The translations under genes were made by a program, and so were the position numbers. Shown one piece after another: positions 1-12,863 of a stretch of 64,000 nt of DNA. Position 1 is the first letter of the stretch. Each line of letters begins with the position of its first letter. Source of the stretch: a phage; assembly GCA_012813795.1 (NCBI GenBank), contig GCA_012813795.1_4087.1. The stretch is one strand, 5' to 3'. The notes below the pieces were generated by a model. That model worked only from the letters and a program-made list of their open reading frames with translations. It did not search any database and had not been told where the DNA came from.

Positions 1-1287
<1,287 letters not shown>

Positions 1288-1319
1288 CTATAGGGACACC
1301 ATACGGTATCCCTCTCCAG

Positions 1320-2805
<1,486 letters not shown>

Positions 2806-2900
2806 TTATCGGTGATGGATGTTACCATTCTGGATGCCATGAAAATCCATTTTTCGTGTTTTTCGTTAATAATTATAGCACATATAAATGTCTCTTCCCA

Positions 2901-2979
2901 TAATTGATAAATAATAGCATATAATCAAGGAAAGAAAATCACTTATTATGTGGGTGCTTTTAAATAATTGATAAATAAT
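2901..2979 (+). repeat. two exact copies of TAATTGATAAATAAT (2901-2915, 2965-2979) upstream of gene 3023
   Basis: read directly; contains the GATAAATAAT late-promoter-like core. Confidence 0.8.
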
Positions 2980-3022
2980 CTTAAGCAGGAGAGTCCTGCA
3001 CAAAATTGACAAGGAGATTTTT

Positions 3023-3622
3023 ATGAGTCTTAATTCTTTTAACCGTAACTATGGTATGTCTGCTAACTCCCGTGAGTACTGGGGTGGTGATAATGGTTTT
3101 GTAACCATCGTTGTTGATCTACCAGCAGATGTTGAAGTTGGTGCTACCAAAGTAACTTCCGATGGTTCTGAACTACAAGATGAAGCACTACAAACTGCGA
3201 TCACTAACGCACAATACAACCAATTCATGCTAACCCAACTACTACAACAACGTGCTGTTCTAGTTACTACTTCTGTACTAGCTCTTGACACTGACGTAGT
3301 AATCCCAGCGGATTTCAAAACTGTTGGCGGTAACGTAGTTGCTTTCGGTACTTCTGGTGCTGATGTTGCTGGCGGTGCTGGTTCTGTTGCACTAACCTTC
3401 ATCTGCGAACGTCAAGACGTTTTCGCTAAACAAGATGTTCGTCCAGGTGCTGCTTACTCTGTTCCAGTTGATCCAACTGTTGAACTAGCTAAAGTAATCG
3501 CTCAAGCTAAATTCTTCCGTACTAAATCTTTCGTAGATGTTACTACTGATGGTGTTGGTGATGCTGAAGCTGCTAAAGCTGTAGCTATTAAAGTTCGTGC
3601 TGCTCTACCAGTTCAACTATAA
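3023..3622 (+). CDS. hypothetical abundant late protein (paralog of 3638..4330)
   Basis: extreme codon bias (CTA, CGT, GGT, ACT, GTT), AAGGAG RBS, shares QQRAVLVTTS and TF(I/L)xER motifs with its neighbour. Confidence 0.8.
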   Translation: MSLNSFNRNYGMSANSREYWGGDNGFVTIVVDLPADVEVGATKVTSDGSELQDEALQTAITNAQYNQFMLTQLLQQRAVLVTTSVLALDTDVVIPADFKTVGGNVVAFGTSGADVAGGAGSVALTFICERQDVFAKQDVRPGAAYSVPVDPTVELAKVIAQAKFFRTKSFVDVTTDGVGDAEAAKAVAIKVRAALPVQL

Positions 3623-3637
3623 TATAAGGAGATTAAC

Positions 3638-4330
3638 ATGTCTAATATTAATACTTCTTTTGAACGAATTAACGGTTATTCTTTTGACAAAATTCTAGGT
3701 TATTTCTGTGGTACTAACGCCCTAGCTTCTATCGCTGTTAGTAAACTAGGTGACGTTAACGTGCGTGTTACTGGTGCAGTTGGTTCTTTTGCTGGTCTAC
3801 AACGTTTTCTAAACACTGATATTCCTGAAGTTATTACCGAATATCTAAATGACAAAGGTATCATCCGTATCGACGGTACTCCATTCGAAGTTGCCACTGT
3901 TGAAGCTGATTACAATGCTTCCTACGCTGCTCAAACTAACGTTAAACGTCTAGTTGATGTTGTTCAACAACGTGCAGTTGTTCTAAGTACTTCTGAAATC
4001 GGTGGTAATGATGCTTCCGCTCCACTAGCAGTCGAAGGTTTCACTAACGCAGTTGATGGTGTACTAAGTGTTGGTACTGTTGATATTGCAAGTGCTTCTG
4101 TTGTTACTTTCCTAGTTGAGCGTGCGAACGTATTTGACAAAGACCTCGTATCTTTCCAAGGCGTTCCAAGTACTGAAATCGAAGAAGGTCGCCTACTTAT
4201 CGACGATCTAACTGGTATCCCAATGCTTGCAAAAGATGGCGTTACTGAAGTCTTCCTAAAATCCCAAGCTGCTGATGCTGCTGGTGATTTCGGTATCAAG
4301 ATGTTCAAATCTATCCCAGCAATGGTTTAA
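3638..4330 (+). CDS. hypothetical abundant late protein (paralog of 3023..3622)
   Basis: same codon bias; shared motifs QQRAVVLSTS and TFLVERANVFDKD; followed by a terminator. Confidence 0.8.
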   Translation: MSNINTSFERINGYSFDKILGYFCGTNALASIAVSKLGDVNVRVTGAVGSFAGLQRFLNTDIPEVITEYLNDKGIIRIDGTPFEVATVEADYNASYAAQTNVKRLVDVVQQRAVVLSTSEIGGNDASAPLAVEGFTNAVDGVLSVGTVDIASASVVTFLVERANVFDKDLVSFQGVPSTEIEEGRLLIDDLTGIPMLAKDGVTEVFLKSQAADAAGDFGIKMFKSIPAMV

Positions 4331-4342
4331 TAAATTAATACA

Positions 4343-4376
4343 AGAAAAGGAGAACATATTGTTCTCCTTTTTTTTA
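4343..4376. terminator. bidirectional rho-independent terminator
   Basis: GGAGAAC-atatt-GTTCTCC hairpin flanked by an A-run and a T-run. Confidence 0.7.
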
Positions 4377-5123
4377 TTTGTATGATTTGAAACCTTCAGG
4401 TAAACCAGGTAGATTCTCTAACCCTGCGTTCGCACTCACTAGCTTTGCATCTTCGTTATCACTATAATCATCAGTAGCTAATTTGCGACCCAAATCACGA
4501 ACAAAGTTATCAATAATCTCTTCTTCATCCGTTCCTGGGTGACCTTCGGCTTTTAATTTCTTCCAAAAGTATTCATTGTAATCAAATACAAATTCTACTT
4601 CGTTTGTATCAGGATTCAAAATTACATCCAAATCAATCCAAGGCTCTTTACGTAATGTATAGATTTCCTTTGAATACTCTTGTTGTGTAATTTCATCATA
4701 CTTATACGCATACTCAATGGCTTTCAATCGTTTATCATCACCTTCAGGCATTAACTCGATTACTTCCATATCATACTCTTTTTGAGTAATAGTATCAGTA
4801 CTTAACTTTGCGTCAAGTACTTTTAAATCGTACTCTTCACGTGTAATCTTAGAGTACTTTAATTCGACAGCCGCCTGTTCAATTAGATATTTTAGTGTAT
4901 CTACAACACCATATTTCTTTTTAATATCCAATTGTGCAACATCAACTTCATATTCAGTAAGATATGTTAGTTCTGCAACTTTCAAATCTGCTTCATAATC
5001 GTCATTATAATAGTATGCTTTAGCAATCTCTTTCGCTTTACCAGAAAGTCCCCAATGGGCGGGGACCATCCAGAAAGGTAATAACCTTTTCTTAGCCATT
5101 TTTCTTTCCAAAGATTTCTTCAA
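4374..5123 (-). CDS. hypothetical protein with three SHOCT-like ITxxEY repeats
   Basis: repeats ITREEYDLKV / ITQKEYDMEV / ITQQEYSKEI; true start may be the internal Met at about 5099. Confidence 0.5.
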   Translation of the reverse strand: MKKSLERKMAKKRLLPFWMVPAHWGLSGKAKEIAKAYYYNDDYEADLKVAELTYLTEYEVDVAQLDIKKKYGVVDTLKYLIEQAAVELKYSKITREEYDLKVLDAKLSTDTITQKEYDMEVIELMPEGDDKRLKAIEYAYKYDEITQQEYSKEIYTLRKEPWIDLDVILNPDTNEVEFVFDYNEYFWKKLKAEGHPGTDEEEIIDNFVRDLGRKLATDDYSDNEDAKLVSANAGLENLPGLPEGFKSYK

Positions 5124-5391
5124 TTTTCATTACATAGTATGTATCTTCACCACCACCAAGATCTTCAGTCAGGGGGGTGTTCAGAGAAGAACGACCAAAA
5201 ACAACCATATCACCCTCACGAATGTTATGTTCAGCGATTTGACCATTTGGTAGTACTTTACCTTCACCAACAGAAATAACCATACCAACACATGGAGGCT
5301 CTACATTACCGAGGATAATACCACCAGTACTTTTGTTTTGTGCTTCAATCTGACGAACAAGAACATAATCGTTAATCATTTTTAGTTTCAT
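5092..5391 (-). CDS. GroES-like co-chaperonin (Cpn10; functional analog of T4 gp31)
   Basis: MKLKMINDYVLVRQ...KSTGGIIL...VISVGEGKVLPNGQ...IREGDMVVF aligns along E. coli GroES; GGAGG RBS 9 nt upstream of the ATG at 5391. Confidence 0.8.
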   Translation of the reverse strand: MKLKMINDYVLVRQIEAQNKSTGGIILGNVEPPCVGMVISVGEGKVLPNGQIAEHNIREGDMVVFGRSSLNTPLTEDLGGGEDTYYVMKIEEIFGKKNG

Positions 5392-5392
5392 A

Positions 5393-5599
5393 TTAGTAAC
5401 CTCCAGTGTTTGCAAACCATTTACCACGGAAATAAAGATTAGCCCCTTTATCACCTGGAGTGAACAATTCCAATTTCATGGTTTTTTCACCATTACAAAT
5501 AGGACAATCGTGTGGTTCTTCACGATTTGCGATTTTTACAATTTTATCCATACTGTGTTTACAGTCTTCTTTTTCACAACGATATGTATATAGTGGCAT
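5393..5599 (-). CDS. small zinc-ribbon protein
   Basis: CxxxxC...CPIC; start refined to the internal ATG at 5599 (AAGGAAG RBS) because the hairpin at 5631-5648 lies upstream of it. Confidence 0.5.
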   Translation of the reverse strand: MPLYTYRCEKEDCKHSMDKIVKIANREEPHDCPICNGEKTMKLELFTPGDKGANLYFRGKWFANTGGY

Positions 5600-5620
5600 T
5601 TTATATCTTCCTTTACTTTT

Positions 5621-5648
5621 AAAACCAAAAGGGGAACTCCAGTTCCCC
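5621..5648 (-). terminator. rho-independent terminator after the clamp gene
   Basis: GGGGAAC-tcca-GTTCCCC hairpin followed on the minus strand by TTTTGGTTTT. Confidence 0.6.
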
Positions 5649-5658
5649 TGTACTTTTA

Positions 5659-6390
5659 TTAACAACCAGTTACATAGATTTTGTATACTGCGATACCAGT
5701 ATCTAATGTAACGTTCATCATACCAGTCTTGGTTAAACCAAGTGTTACTGATTCTGCATTAGATACACGAGCTAATGCTTGAAGAACACGGTCAATGTTA
5801 TAACCAAAGCCCAAACCTAATTCACCTTCAGTTTTAGAGAAAGCTAGAGCACCAACGTGGTTACTCTTGTTCTTCTCACCAACGTGGAAGTGAAGGGTGT
5901 CACCTTCAGTGTATGGGGTAACTAGTGAACTGAAAGATTTAAACACACCAGAGAAACTCTTTAGTTCCTGAACTTTAGCTGCACTAGGTGTAACCTGTAC
6001 GTCATATGGTTGTTCAGTAAAACGTGGTTGTGGTGGAATTAGTTTTTCAGCTTGTACCATAAAGGTAGTGCTTGCTTCTTCAGATTTGAATGCTAGGCTT
6101 TTAACAACACCATCTTTCAAATTAGAAGTGATAGTAGTACCTTCAGTACTGTAAGTCTTTAGGGACATTAGACCTTGTAGAAGACCCAAGTTACCTAGAC
6201 CAAAACGACCTTGAACTTCAGGAACGTCTTCTTTAGTGTATGCACGCATAACCAAAGTGCGGTCATCGGTATATGCTTCCATGTAAACGCGTTGACCTTC
6301 GCCACGGTCTTCACTGCTGATTGCGATACAAGAAAAATCAATACCGCTAGTGGTGTTAACTAGGTCACGTAGTACATTGCGTAGATCCAT
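5659..6390 (-). CDS. 45: sliding clamp (T4 gp45-like)
   Basis: N-terminus and RFGLGNLGLLQGLMSL resemble T4 gp45 (IYDLNGFLGILSL); GGAG RBS before the ATG at 6390; near the DNA polymerase. Confidence 0.55.
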   Translation of the reverse strand: MDLRNVLRDLVNTTSGIDFSCIAISSEDRGEGQRVYMEAYTDDRTLVMRAYTKEDVPEVQGRFGLGNLGLLQGLMSLKTYSTEGTTITSNLKDGVVKSLAFKSEEASTTFMVQAEKLIPPQPRFTEQPYDVQVTPSAAKVQELKSFSGVFKSFSSLVTPYTEGDTLHFHVGEKNKSNHVGALAFSKTEGELGLGFGYNIDRVLQALARVSNAESVTLGLTKTGMMNVTLDTGIAVYKIYVTGC

Positions 6391-6483
6391 TATATATTCT
6401 CCGTTTATTGTTTTATTCGTTAATGTCAAGTCTATGACAAGCACCATTATATCTCGTTAACAGTGCTTGTCTCAATTATTTTA

Positions 6484-6798
6484 TCAGAATTTTGTATCCC
6501 ACTTACGTAGGTACGCTAAGTTATCAGTGAAGCTTCCAAGACCAATGTTGTGTTTTTCTCTGAAGTTTTTTAAGTTATCAAGCGACCAATTACTATCGTC
6601 AATAAAAACAACATTACGTTTTTTCTGTAATGTATAGACGTCCACAATTTCACCATCAATATCAACTGAACCAGTACGGGTAAAACCCGCACCTTTCAGA
6701 ACTTCTTCATCATCATTACTATATGCTAGTACTGAGTTGATAACATTATTACCTTCCAGTACTTCACCAATACGTTTGTAAACATTACTCATGGTCAT
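6484..6798 (-). CDS. hypothetical protein
   Basis: ORF between polymerase and clamp. Confidence 0.45.
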   Translation of the reverse strand: MTMSNVYKRIGEVLEGNNVINSVLAYSNDDEEVLKGAGFTRTGSVDIDGEIVDVYTLQKKRNVVFIDDSNWSLDNLKNFREKHNIGLGSFTDNLAYLRKWDTKF

Positions 6799-6940
6799 CC
6801 CCCTGAGTAGTAGCCCACTTCACATATACTTCCCATGCCGAATTCAAATCGTCTTCAGTAATTTCAAGTTCTGCGTTTGAATATACATCATATACTTCAT
6901 TGTAGCTTAGTTCTACTTCATCATTTACTAATTTAGTCAT
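6785..6940 (-). CDS. small hypothetical protein
   Basis: ATG at 6940 with AAGGAT RBS just after the polymerase stop; the longer listed ORF overlaps the polymerase 3' end. Confidence 0.35.
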   Translation of the reverse strand: MTKLVNDEVELSYNEVYDVYSNAELEITEDDLNSAWEVYVKWATTQGDDHE

Positions 6941-6950
6941 AATATTATCC

Positions 6951-9900
6951 TTACCAAGAGAAGAAACCATTGTTAACTGCTGCTGTACTTTTCTCATGAA
7001 TACCAATATCCATATCGAGAATACCAAAGATGTTTTCTAATTTCTTAGTTAAAACTATCTCTTCCATTTTCTCACTATCAAACGGTAATTCTAAGAACCA
7101 TTCCGGTAGATACTCTACACAGTCAATTGGATATCCTACAGCTTTAATTCCCATTGGGTTATCTTTTAGATTACACACGATAACTTTTGTACCATCAGTA
7201 ACTTCTGGTACTGACTTGTCATCATACACTTCACGTAGACGGTTCCATTGAATACCTGCCAATACGTGTCCTACTTTACACTTACCAGTAGTGTTATATT
7301 CCGCTTCCAGATTAGTGTAGTTCTTAACTGTTCGCGGAGAACCTTTCTCGTGTACTGGAATGTCTTTAAATACCGCTTTAAAGTCACGTACACGCTGTTT
7401 TAGTTCTTCCTCTGACTCCCCTACCAGTAGGGCGATTAGAGTCTCTTCTAGGAAGTTCTGGATGTATTTTGGCGTATCTGAACGTTTAATCTCAAGACCC
7501 ATTGCCTTGATTTCACCAGGTTTACCATCAACATCTTTACGGAAACCATCTTCCCAGTACTTCAGAATTGCATAACGTTTCTTCTTCAGGAACAATCCAC
7601 GAGAACCTACCATCTCAAGGTCAGCACCTACAATCTTACCTTTCTCAATTCCAGTGTTGAACATCTGATGCATAAAAGATGGGAAGGACTCACCAACTTC
7701 ATCACCAATTTTAATGTACATATCAACAATTTCTTCTTTAGATAGATTGTACGGAATACCTTGTTCTTTCAAGTAATGGGTTACACTGAAGTATACGGAG
7801 TCAGTATCACCATAAATTACAGAACCACCCTGGTGATTGTAAACACCAGTTGTAATTTCATTGATACGACTCGCCATGTGTTTAGTCATAGAACGACCAG
7901 TTAAGGTAACAGACTGACCCAAACGCTTATCAAAGAAACGTGAACCTTTGTTCAATAGTGCACCATATAGACTGTTTAGAAGAATCTTACGAATCTGCTG
8001 GTTCTGTTTCCAGAATGCACTTTGTTGTTTGAAATATGCTTTATCTTCTTTAGAACAGAAAATTCTTCCGTCTTTTAGTTCTAAACCATTTTCAACAATT
8101 AGTTTAGCTACATCTTCCCATTGACCTTTACCAATTGCAATACGCAATAGATAAACAGGATCATTTTCATGTAAGTTGGTGCGGAACATTGTACCAGGAG
8201 TATAGTTGGATAGAAGTGGTTCTACTTTCTCATAACCATTAAATTCCCAACCATCACTATACATGTGTTTGTAATCAATTACCATCTTTTGTTGTGCTTT
8301 ACGTTCAGAATACCATTGAGTTAGAATGTCTGGAATTACACCATACTTAGACTTGTCAAATAGTGTTCCGTTAGCACTTAGAACAATAGTACTGTCCTCG
8401 GCAAAGATTATATCATACAACTCTTTACCTGTTGCCTGGAAAGAACTTCCATCTTCCAAATCAACAATGATTGTTTGATCTGATTTCTCATGAACCATTG
8501 TAAACTCAACAGCAGCAAACAAACCATGCCATGCAGCAGTCCAGTCTGGTTCGAACGATTTAGATTTTGATTTGGCCTTTTGCTCTTGAATTTTTGCAGC
8601 AAGATACGCATCAGTGTAATCCTGACGAAGTTGCCCAAGAATGCATTCAGTACTCATACCTAATGTACGAAGTACAGTTGGATACAGTGAGTTAAAGTCA
8701 GTACATCCCAAATCACTCACCAAACCTAGTACTGGATCTTGTACCCATGCACCAGCAGCTTTAGCACTAATTTTCTCATCTGCTTCATCATCTTCATCTT
8801 CATATGATTCTGTTTCATAATCAACTTCAAAATCATCTTTAGGTGCTTTGTTGAATACCACTTCACCACGACTATGTGCAAGGTTAATAATTGCAGTATC
8901 AATCAGAGCTACCGAACCCATTGTAGTACTAATTAGTACACACTCTTTATGAGCAAGACGGTTGTGCAGGTTGATAAAGTCACATACAGCATCAATTTTC
9001 TTCAGAAGAATACTATCCTGTTTAGAATAACGCAAGAATGTAATGTAATCTTCACGATATAGTTTATCCAAAGAACCTTCATAAGATACTTTATTCTCTT
9101 TAGTTACTTTCTCTGCAATGTAATCTAGTTTATATGATTGTTCAACTTGACCAGCATGTTTCTTATAAAGAGCAAGATAATCTAAGTGAACACGTCCAAC
9201 TAAATCATAGGTTACTACAGTTTTACCAAAGTTATCTGCTTCACGAGCATTAGGTTTCTTATTCCACAAGCACCAACGAGCAGTGGTTGCTTCATTGAAG
9301 ATTTTCTTTGTGCGGTTAATCATGTATGGAATATCAAAGAACTCACTATTCCACCCTGATAATACATCAGAATCATCAATAAGACTAAAGAATTCCATAA
9401 ACATTTCTTTTTCATCCGTATAAAGGATGACAGTACTGTTAGGATCATTTGTCTCTTCGTTCAAACGTCGAACAATGTCTTGTGCTTCGTAAATTTCCAT
9501 GTCAACTGGTGGTAGTGTTAAAACATAATCCTTACCAGTCCATGATTGATACAAAGAAATTGCTGTTACTCGGTTGAACGGATCTGATGGTGGTGCATAA
9601 CCAAACTTCTTATGGAAGTCGGTTTCGATATCGAAGAATGCAATATTAAGGTCAGGTGAACCATTACCCATGTATTCCTTCGCTAACGTTTTAAATGTAA
9701 TGTTACAGTCACTTTCAAAAATACGTAGACCTTCACTTTTGTGTTGTTCTACACTTTTGTTCATTTGAGCCTGTGAAGAAAACTCAAGATGTTGTGCCAT
9801 TGTACCATATACAGTTTTGTGTGTACCTAATGGTGATTCTACATAATACTCAAATACTGGCTCCAGTTCACGGAGAATACGCTTCCCGTTTTTACGTTCA

Positions 9901-9956
9901 ACTACGTGAAGAATATCACCAGTACGTTTACGTTCCATATAAGCATCGATATACAT
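6951..9956 (-). CDS. 43: DNA polymerase, family B (T4 gp43-like)
   Basis: DFNSLYPT (motif A), KILLNSLYGAL (motif B), VIYGDTDSVYF (motif C); AAGGA RBS. Confidence 0.95.
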   Translation of the reverse strand: MYIDAYMERKRTGDILHVVERKNGKRILRELEPVFEYYVESPLGTHKTVYGTMAQHLEFSSQAQMNKSVEQHKSEGLRIFESDCNITFKTLAKEYMGNGSPDLNIAFFDIETDFHKKFGYAPPSDPFNRVTAISLYQSWTGKDYVLTLPPVDMEIYEAQDIVRRLNEETNDPNSTVILYTDEKEMFMEFFSLIDDSDVLSGWNSEFFDIPYMINRTKKIFNEATTARWCLWNKKPNAREADNFGKTVVTYDLVGRVHLDYLALYKKHAGQVEQSYKLDYIAEKVTKENKVSYEGSLDKLYREDYITFLRYSKQDSILLKKIDAVCDFINLHNRLAHKECVLISTTMGSVALIDTAIINLAHSRGEVVFNKAPKDDFEVDYETESYEDEDDEADEKISAKAAGAWVQDPVLGLVSDLGCTDFNSLYPTVLRTLGMSTECILGQLRQDYTDAYLAAKIQEQKAKSKSKSFEPDWTAAWHGLFAAVEFTMVHEKSDQTIIVDLEDGSSFQATGKELYDIIFAEDSTIVLSANGTLFDKSKYGVIPDILTQWYSERKAQQKMVIDYKHMYSDGWEFNGYEKVEPLLSNYTPGTMFRTNLHENDPVYLLRIAIGKGQWEDVAKLIVENGLELKDGRIFCSKEDKAYFKQQSAFWKQNQQIRKILLNSLYGALLNKGSRFFDKRLGQSVTLTGRSMTKHMASRINEITTGVYNHQGGSVIYGDTDSVYFSVTHYLKEQGIPYNLSKEEIVDMYIKIGDEVGESFPSFMHQMFNTGIEKGKIVGADLEMVGSRGLFLKKKRYAILKYWEDGFRKDVDGKPGEIKAMGLEIKRSDTPKYIQNFLEETLIALLVGESEEELKQRVRDFKAVFKDIPVHEKGSPRTVKNYTNLEAEYNTTGKCKVGHVLAGIQWNRLREVYDDKSVPEVTDGTKVIVCNLKDNPMGIKAVGYPIDCVEYLPEWFLELPFDSEKMEEIVLTKKLENIFGILDMDIGIHEKSTAAVNNGFFSW

Positions 9957-9985
9957 CTATTGTATTCCTTTACATTGTATTAAGT

Positions 9986-10013
9986 TAAAATAAAAGCCCC
10001 CAACATTGGAGGC
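9986..10013 (-). terminator. rho-independent terminator upstream of the polymerase gene
   Basis: GCCTCC-aatgtt-GGGGGC hairpin then TTTTATTTT on the minus strand. Confidence 0.55.
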
Positions 10014-10042
10014 TCATAAATTTTTAAAGTGTTCAGTACTGA

Positions 10043-10345
10043 TTAATAATCATCAGCTTGTGGTAGATTATTAGTTACGCTTAGGATAGTTTCGATGTTG
10101 TCTAGTTTGTTTTGCTTATCAAAGTAATCACCTTTGTAAATGCGTTGTGCAGCTTGTTTGATATCGGATGCATCAATACCTAGCTCATCAGAAAGAGAGT
10201 TGATGAAATCAGTATAGGAAGCTTTGGTATCATCAATAAAGGTTAGCTGTACCACTGCATTGTTTAGACCATCACTTAGACGTTTACGTTGTTCGTCGTT
10301 TAGGTCACGAATTTCTACTTTTGCTTCTTTTTTAGACTTAGCCAT
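10043..10345 (-). CDS. hypothetical protein
   Basis: ATG at 10345 with GGAGAT RBS; followed by a terminator. Confidence 0.5.
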   Translation of the reverse strand: MAKSKKEAKVEIRDLNDEQRKRLSDGLNNAVVQLTFIDDTKASYTDFINSLSDELGIDASDIKQAAQRIYKGDYFDKQNKLDNIETILSVTNNLPQADDY

Positions 10346-10444
10346 TGTTTTATCTCCATGTGTTAATGAAAAAAATAGACACTCCACAATGTTCCTCGTG
10401 GAATGTCTCTATTATATCAGTACTTCTCAATGTGTCCCAAATTT

Positions 10445-10900
10445 TTAAAGAAGGTTTAAAACTTCTTTAAGATCAGCGATTAGCTTCTCGTACTCAGCAG
10501 CTTCTTCAGTACTCAACATATCGAATTCTTTCTTCATGTCCAGTACTTTTTTGCGTTCACTCAAAAGATTGAATACTTGTTGTGCAGATAGTTGGCGTGG
10601 TGGTCTTTCGGAGAAAGTGCCGTTAACTTCGTTGTAAATTTTACCAACTAGTTCAGATTTATCCCCTGTATATTCAATTTCATATACACTATCATCTAAT
10701 GGACAGAGCATAGTAACATCATACGATGCACTAGTTACCATACCATTTTTATCTACTGTTATTTTTAATGTATCTTCTGAAAATAATTTATGTGAATCAT
10801 ACCAATCCATTCCACACTCAGAAATATAATATGCAATATTCATTCCTTTCAATTCAGGTTCATTACCTTCATATTTTTTAAAGTTTTTTAAAGTTATCAT
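10445..10900 (-). CDS. putative tail fiber assembly protein / chaperone
   Basis: about 150-aa ORF immediately downstream of a tail fiber gene; by position only. Confidence 0.35.
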   Translation of the reverse strand: MITLKNFKKYEGNEPELKGMNIAYYISECGMDWYDSHKLFSEDTLKITVDKNGMVTSASYDVTMLCPLDDSVYEIEYTGDKSELVGKIYNEVNGTFSERPPRQLSAQQVFNLLSERKKVLDMKKEFDMLSTEEAAEYEKLIADLKEVLNLL

Positions 10901-10903
10901 ATA

Positions 10904-12514
10904 TCACCCATCAATAGTTTTCCATGAACCATTAACTAAAATTTGCAAATATTTATAGTATACACCACCAATGTTATCAGCAGAGTTTTTACCAACATCC
11001 TGCACAATTATACCACTAAGCATTGCACCAGATGGACAGATGAAAGTCCAAGATATTTCGTTGTGGCCTGGATTAAATAATTTTTGCTCAATATAGCGGG
11101 CATCTTGTACTGAACCGGTAGTGATTGTTACATTACCATTACCATCTGCCCATGCACCATTAACTGTTCTCACGATAGGTTTACCACCAACAGATGCGGA
11201 ATTGGCATTAACTGTTAATGAACCTGGAATATACAAAGAACCACCACTGTTAACTGTTACAGCACCACCACCAGCACGAAGTCTTAGTTCATTACCTTGG
11301 AAGTATACTGCGGCACGTTCACCACCACTAGCGTTCTGGAAGAATAAGTACAAATCACCACCACCACGAATACCAGCACGGTTAGCAATGTATAATTCAC
11401 CAGACATTGTATCACCAGTTTTACGAACAAAACGATCATTTGCAGTATTTTCGCTCATCGCAACTGATGGTTCGGAAATGTTATACAAAATTGCAGTGTT
11501 AAAGTGTGGTACGTCAATACCTGTTACTGTATGGTTATGGGTAATTGTACGTGCGTTCGCATCATCATAAATTGGTTGTGAAGTTGATAATGCAGTTGCT
11601 GCATTGTTACCATCTACACTAAATTCCATACGGGCATTCTTATCACCAAAGATTGCTGGACCACGATAGCCTCTACCATCATTCCATGCTCTACCACTAA
11701 TGAAAACAGCATCATCTGCATCACTACCGTTAGTACCTAGCATTTTACCAGTTCCATGAATATGGTCTGGAATAGTGAAAGTACTCGGTGTTAATGAACC
11801 ACCACCTGCAATAATTGCGTCAGTTTTGGTTATACCACTAGTGGTGATACTTCTTAAATATCCATCACGGTTCAAGTTTGGTACTTGTTTGGTTATTGTA
11901 CCATTAGCACCTTGCCACTGCCACCACATACCATCAGCAAAACACCAACCATCGGATGTTTTCCACGGTTTAGCTTGGGAGCCGTCACGACCACTCTGTC
12001 CACCAGTACTACCCGACATTTGTTCACGTATACTAGCAACGGTTTGTCCAGATGTCAAGCTATAATGCATAATACATCCAGGTTTAGCACTCGTGTACAA
12101 ACCATTAGCACCTTGAATTGATGAAGGTGTTGGGAATATAATATTCAATGTAGTTCCGCTAATAGAAGCAGTTGGAATTGATGACATTGAATAGGTTACT
12201 CTATCAACCTTAGTTCCAAGTATAGAATTGATATCCTGAATCTGTTGTTCAATTGGTGCAACTACATCGGCAGCACTTAACATTTCAATCCAGTTAGTAC
12301 CATCATGATACTTCAAAGTAAGAGTGTTTTTGTCAAATACTATCGCCCCTGCTTCACCAACAGGTAAATCCTGAACAGGTAGTATTACCGATGAAGAATT
12401 CATTCTAATTGGTCGAGGATTAGTTGGTGTACCACCTAGTACTATTAGATTCAATGAACCATTTTCCGCAGTACTGGTTACAGTATTCTGTGGATGATTA
12501 AAACTTATGCTCAT
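10904..12514 (-). CDS. tail fiber protein (gp12/gp37-like distal region with HxH motifs)
   Basis: Gly/Ser/Thr/Asn-rich; IPDHIHGTG and THNHTV motifs as in T-even fiber tips. Confidence 0.7.
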   Translation of the reverse strand: MSISFNHPQNTVTSTAENGSLNLIVLGGTPTNPRPIRMNSSSVILPVQDLPVGEAGAIVFDKNTLTLKYHDGTNWIEMLSAADVVAPIEQQIQDINSILGTKVDRVTYSMSSIPTASISGTTLNIIFPTPSSIQGANGLYTSAKPGCIMHYSLTSGQTVASIREQMSGSTGGQSGRDGSQAKPWKTSDGWCFADGMWWQWQGANGTITKQVPNLNRDGYLRSITTSGITKTDAIIAGGGSLTPSTFTIPDHIHGTGKMLGTNGSDADDAVFISGRAWNDGRGYRGPAIFGDKNARMEFSVDGNNAATALSTSQPIYDDANARTITHNHTVTGIDVPHFNTAILYNISEPSVAMSENTANDRFVRKTGDTMSGELYIANRAGIRGGGDLYLFFQNASGGERAAVYFQGNELRLRAGGGAVTVNSGGSLYIPGSLTVNANSASVGGKPIVRTVNGAWADGNGNVTITTGSVQDARYIEQKLFNPGHNEISWTFICPSGAMLSGIIVQDVGKNSADNIGGVYYKYLQILVNGSWKTIDG

Positions 12515-12554
12515 GTAAAAATCCTTTTTTGTTTAATATATATCATATTTATAT

Positions 12555-12863
12555 CTATAGTAAATCATTTTCCATATCATCCAATACGGAATCAATAATA
12601 TTTGCAGCTAACTTTTTAGGCATCTTGAACCATTCAGAGTTAGGTTGCCTTGTTGCATTCATTTGCTTTAATCTCTTATGCACTTCCTTTTCTGCTGTTC
12701 GTGCATCGTCAAACATAACCTGATGGTATACCTCAAAATCCCTGAATGGTGAAGCAGTCTGGTAAACACCTAAACGCTCTTTCATCTCTGATTTTGTAGT
12801 GAAGCCTATCTTTACATATTCAGGCCATGCACTATTAGTGATTACATAACATATTTGTGACAT
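12555..12863 (-). CDS. T5orf172 (MUG113)-like domain protein
   Basis: CYVITN...YVKIGFT...EWF pattern typical of the GIY-YIG-related T5orf172 domain. Confidence 0.6.
   Translation of the reverse strand: MSQICYVITNSAWPEYVKIGFTTKSEMKERLGVYQTASPFRDFEVYHQVMFDDARTAEKEVHKRLKQMNATRQPNSEWFKMPKKLAANIIDSVLDDMENDLL

Noticed and set aside
1288-1305. T7-like promoter fragment CTATAGGGACA
   Set aside because: Only a partial match to the T7 consensus and the window shows no T7-type RNA polymerase; likely coincidence or part of a small hairpin
3049-4308. Antisense ORFs 3049..3402, 3700..3897 and 3964..4308
   Set aside because: They are opposite the strongly codon-biased paralog genes and have Ser/Thr/Pro-rich low-complexity translations typical of antisense frames
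5393-5665. Longer 90-aa version of the zinc-ribbon ORF starting at 5665
   Set aside because: It would include the terminator hairpin at 5631-5648 and lacks an RBS; the internal ATG at 5599 has a good RBS
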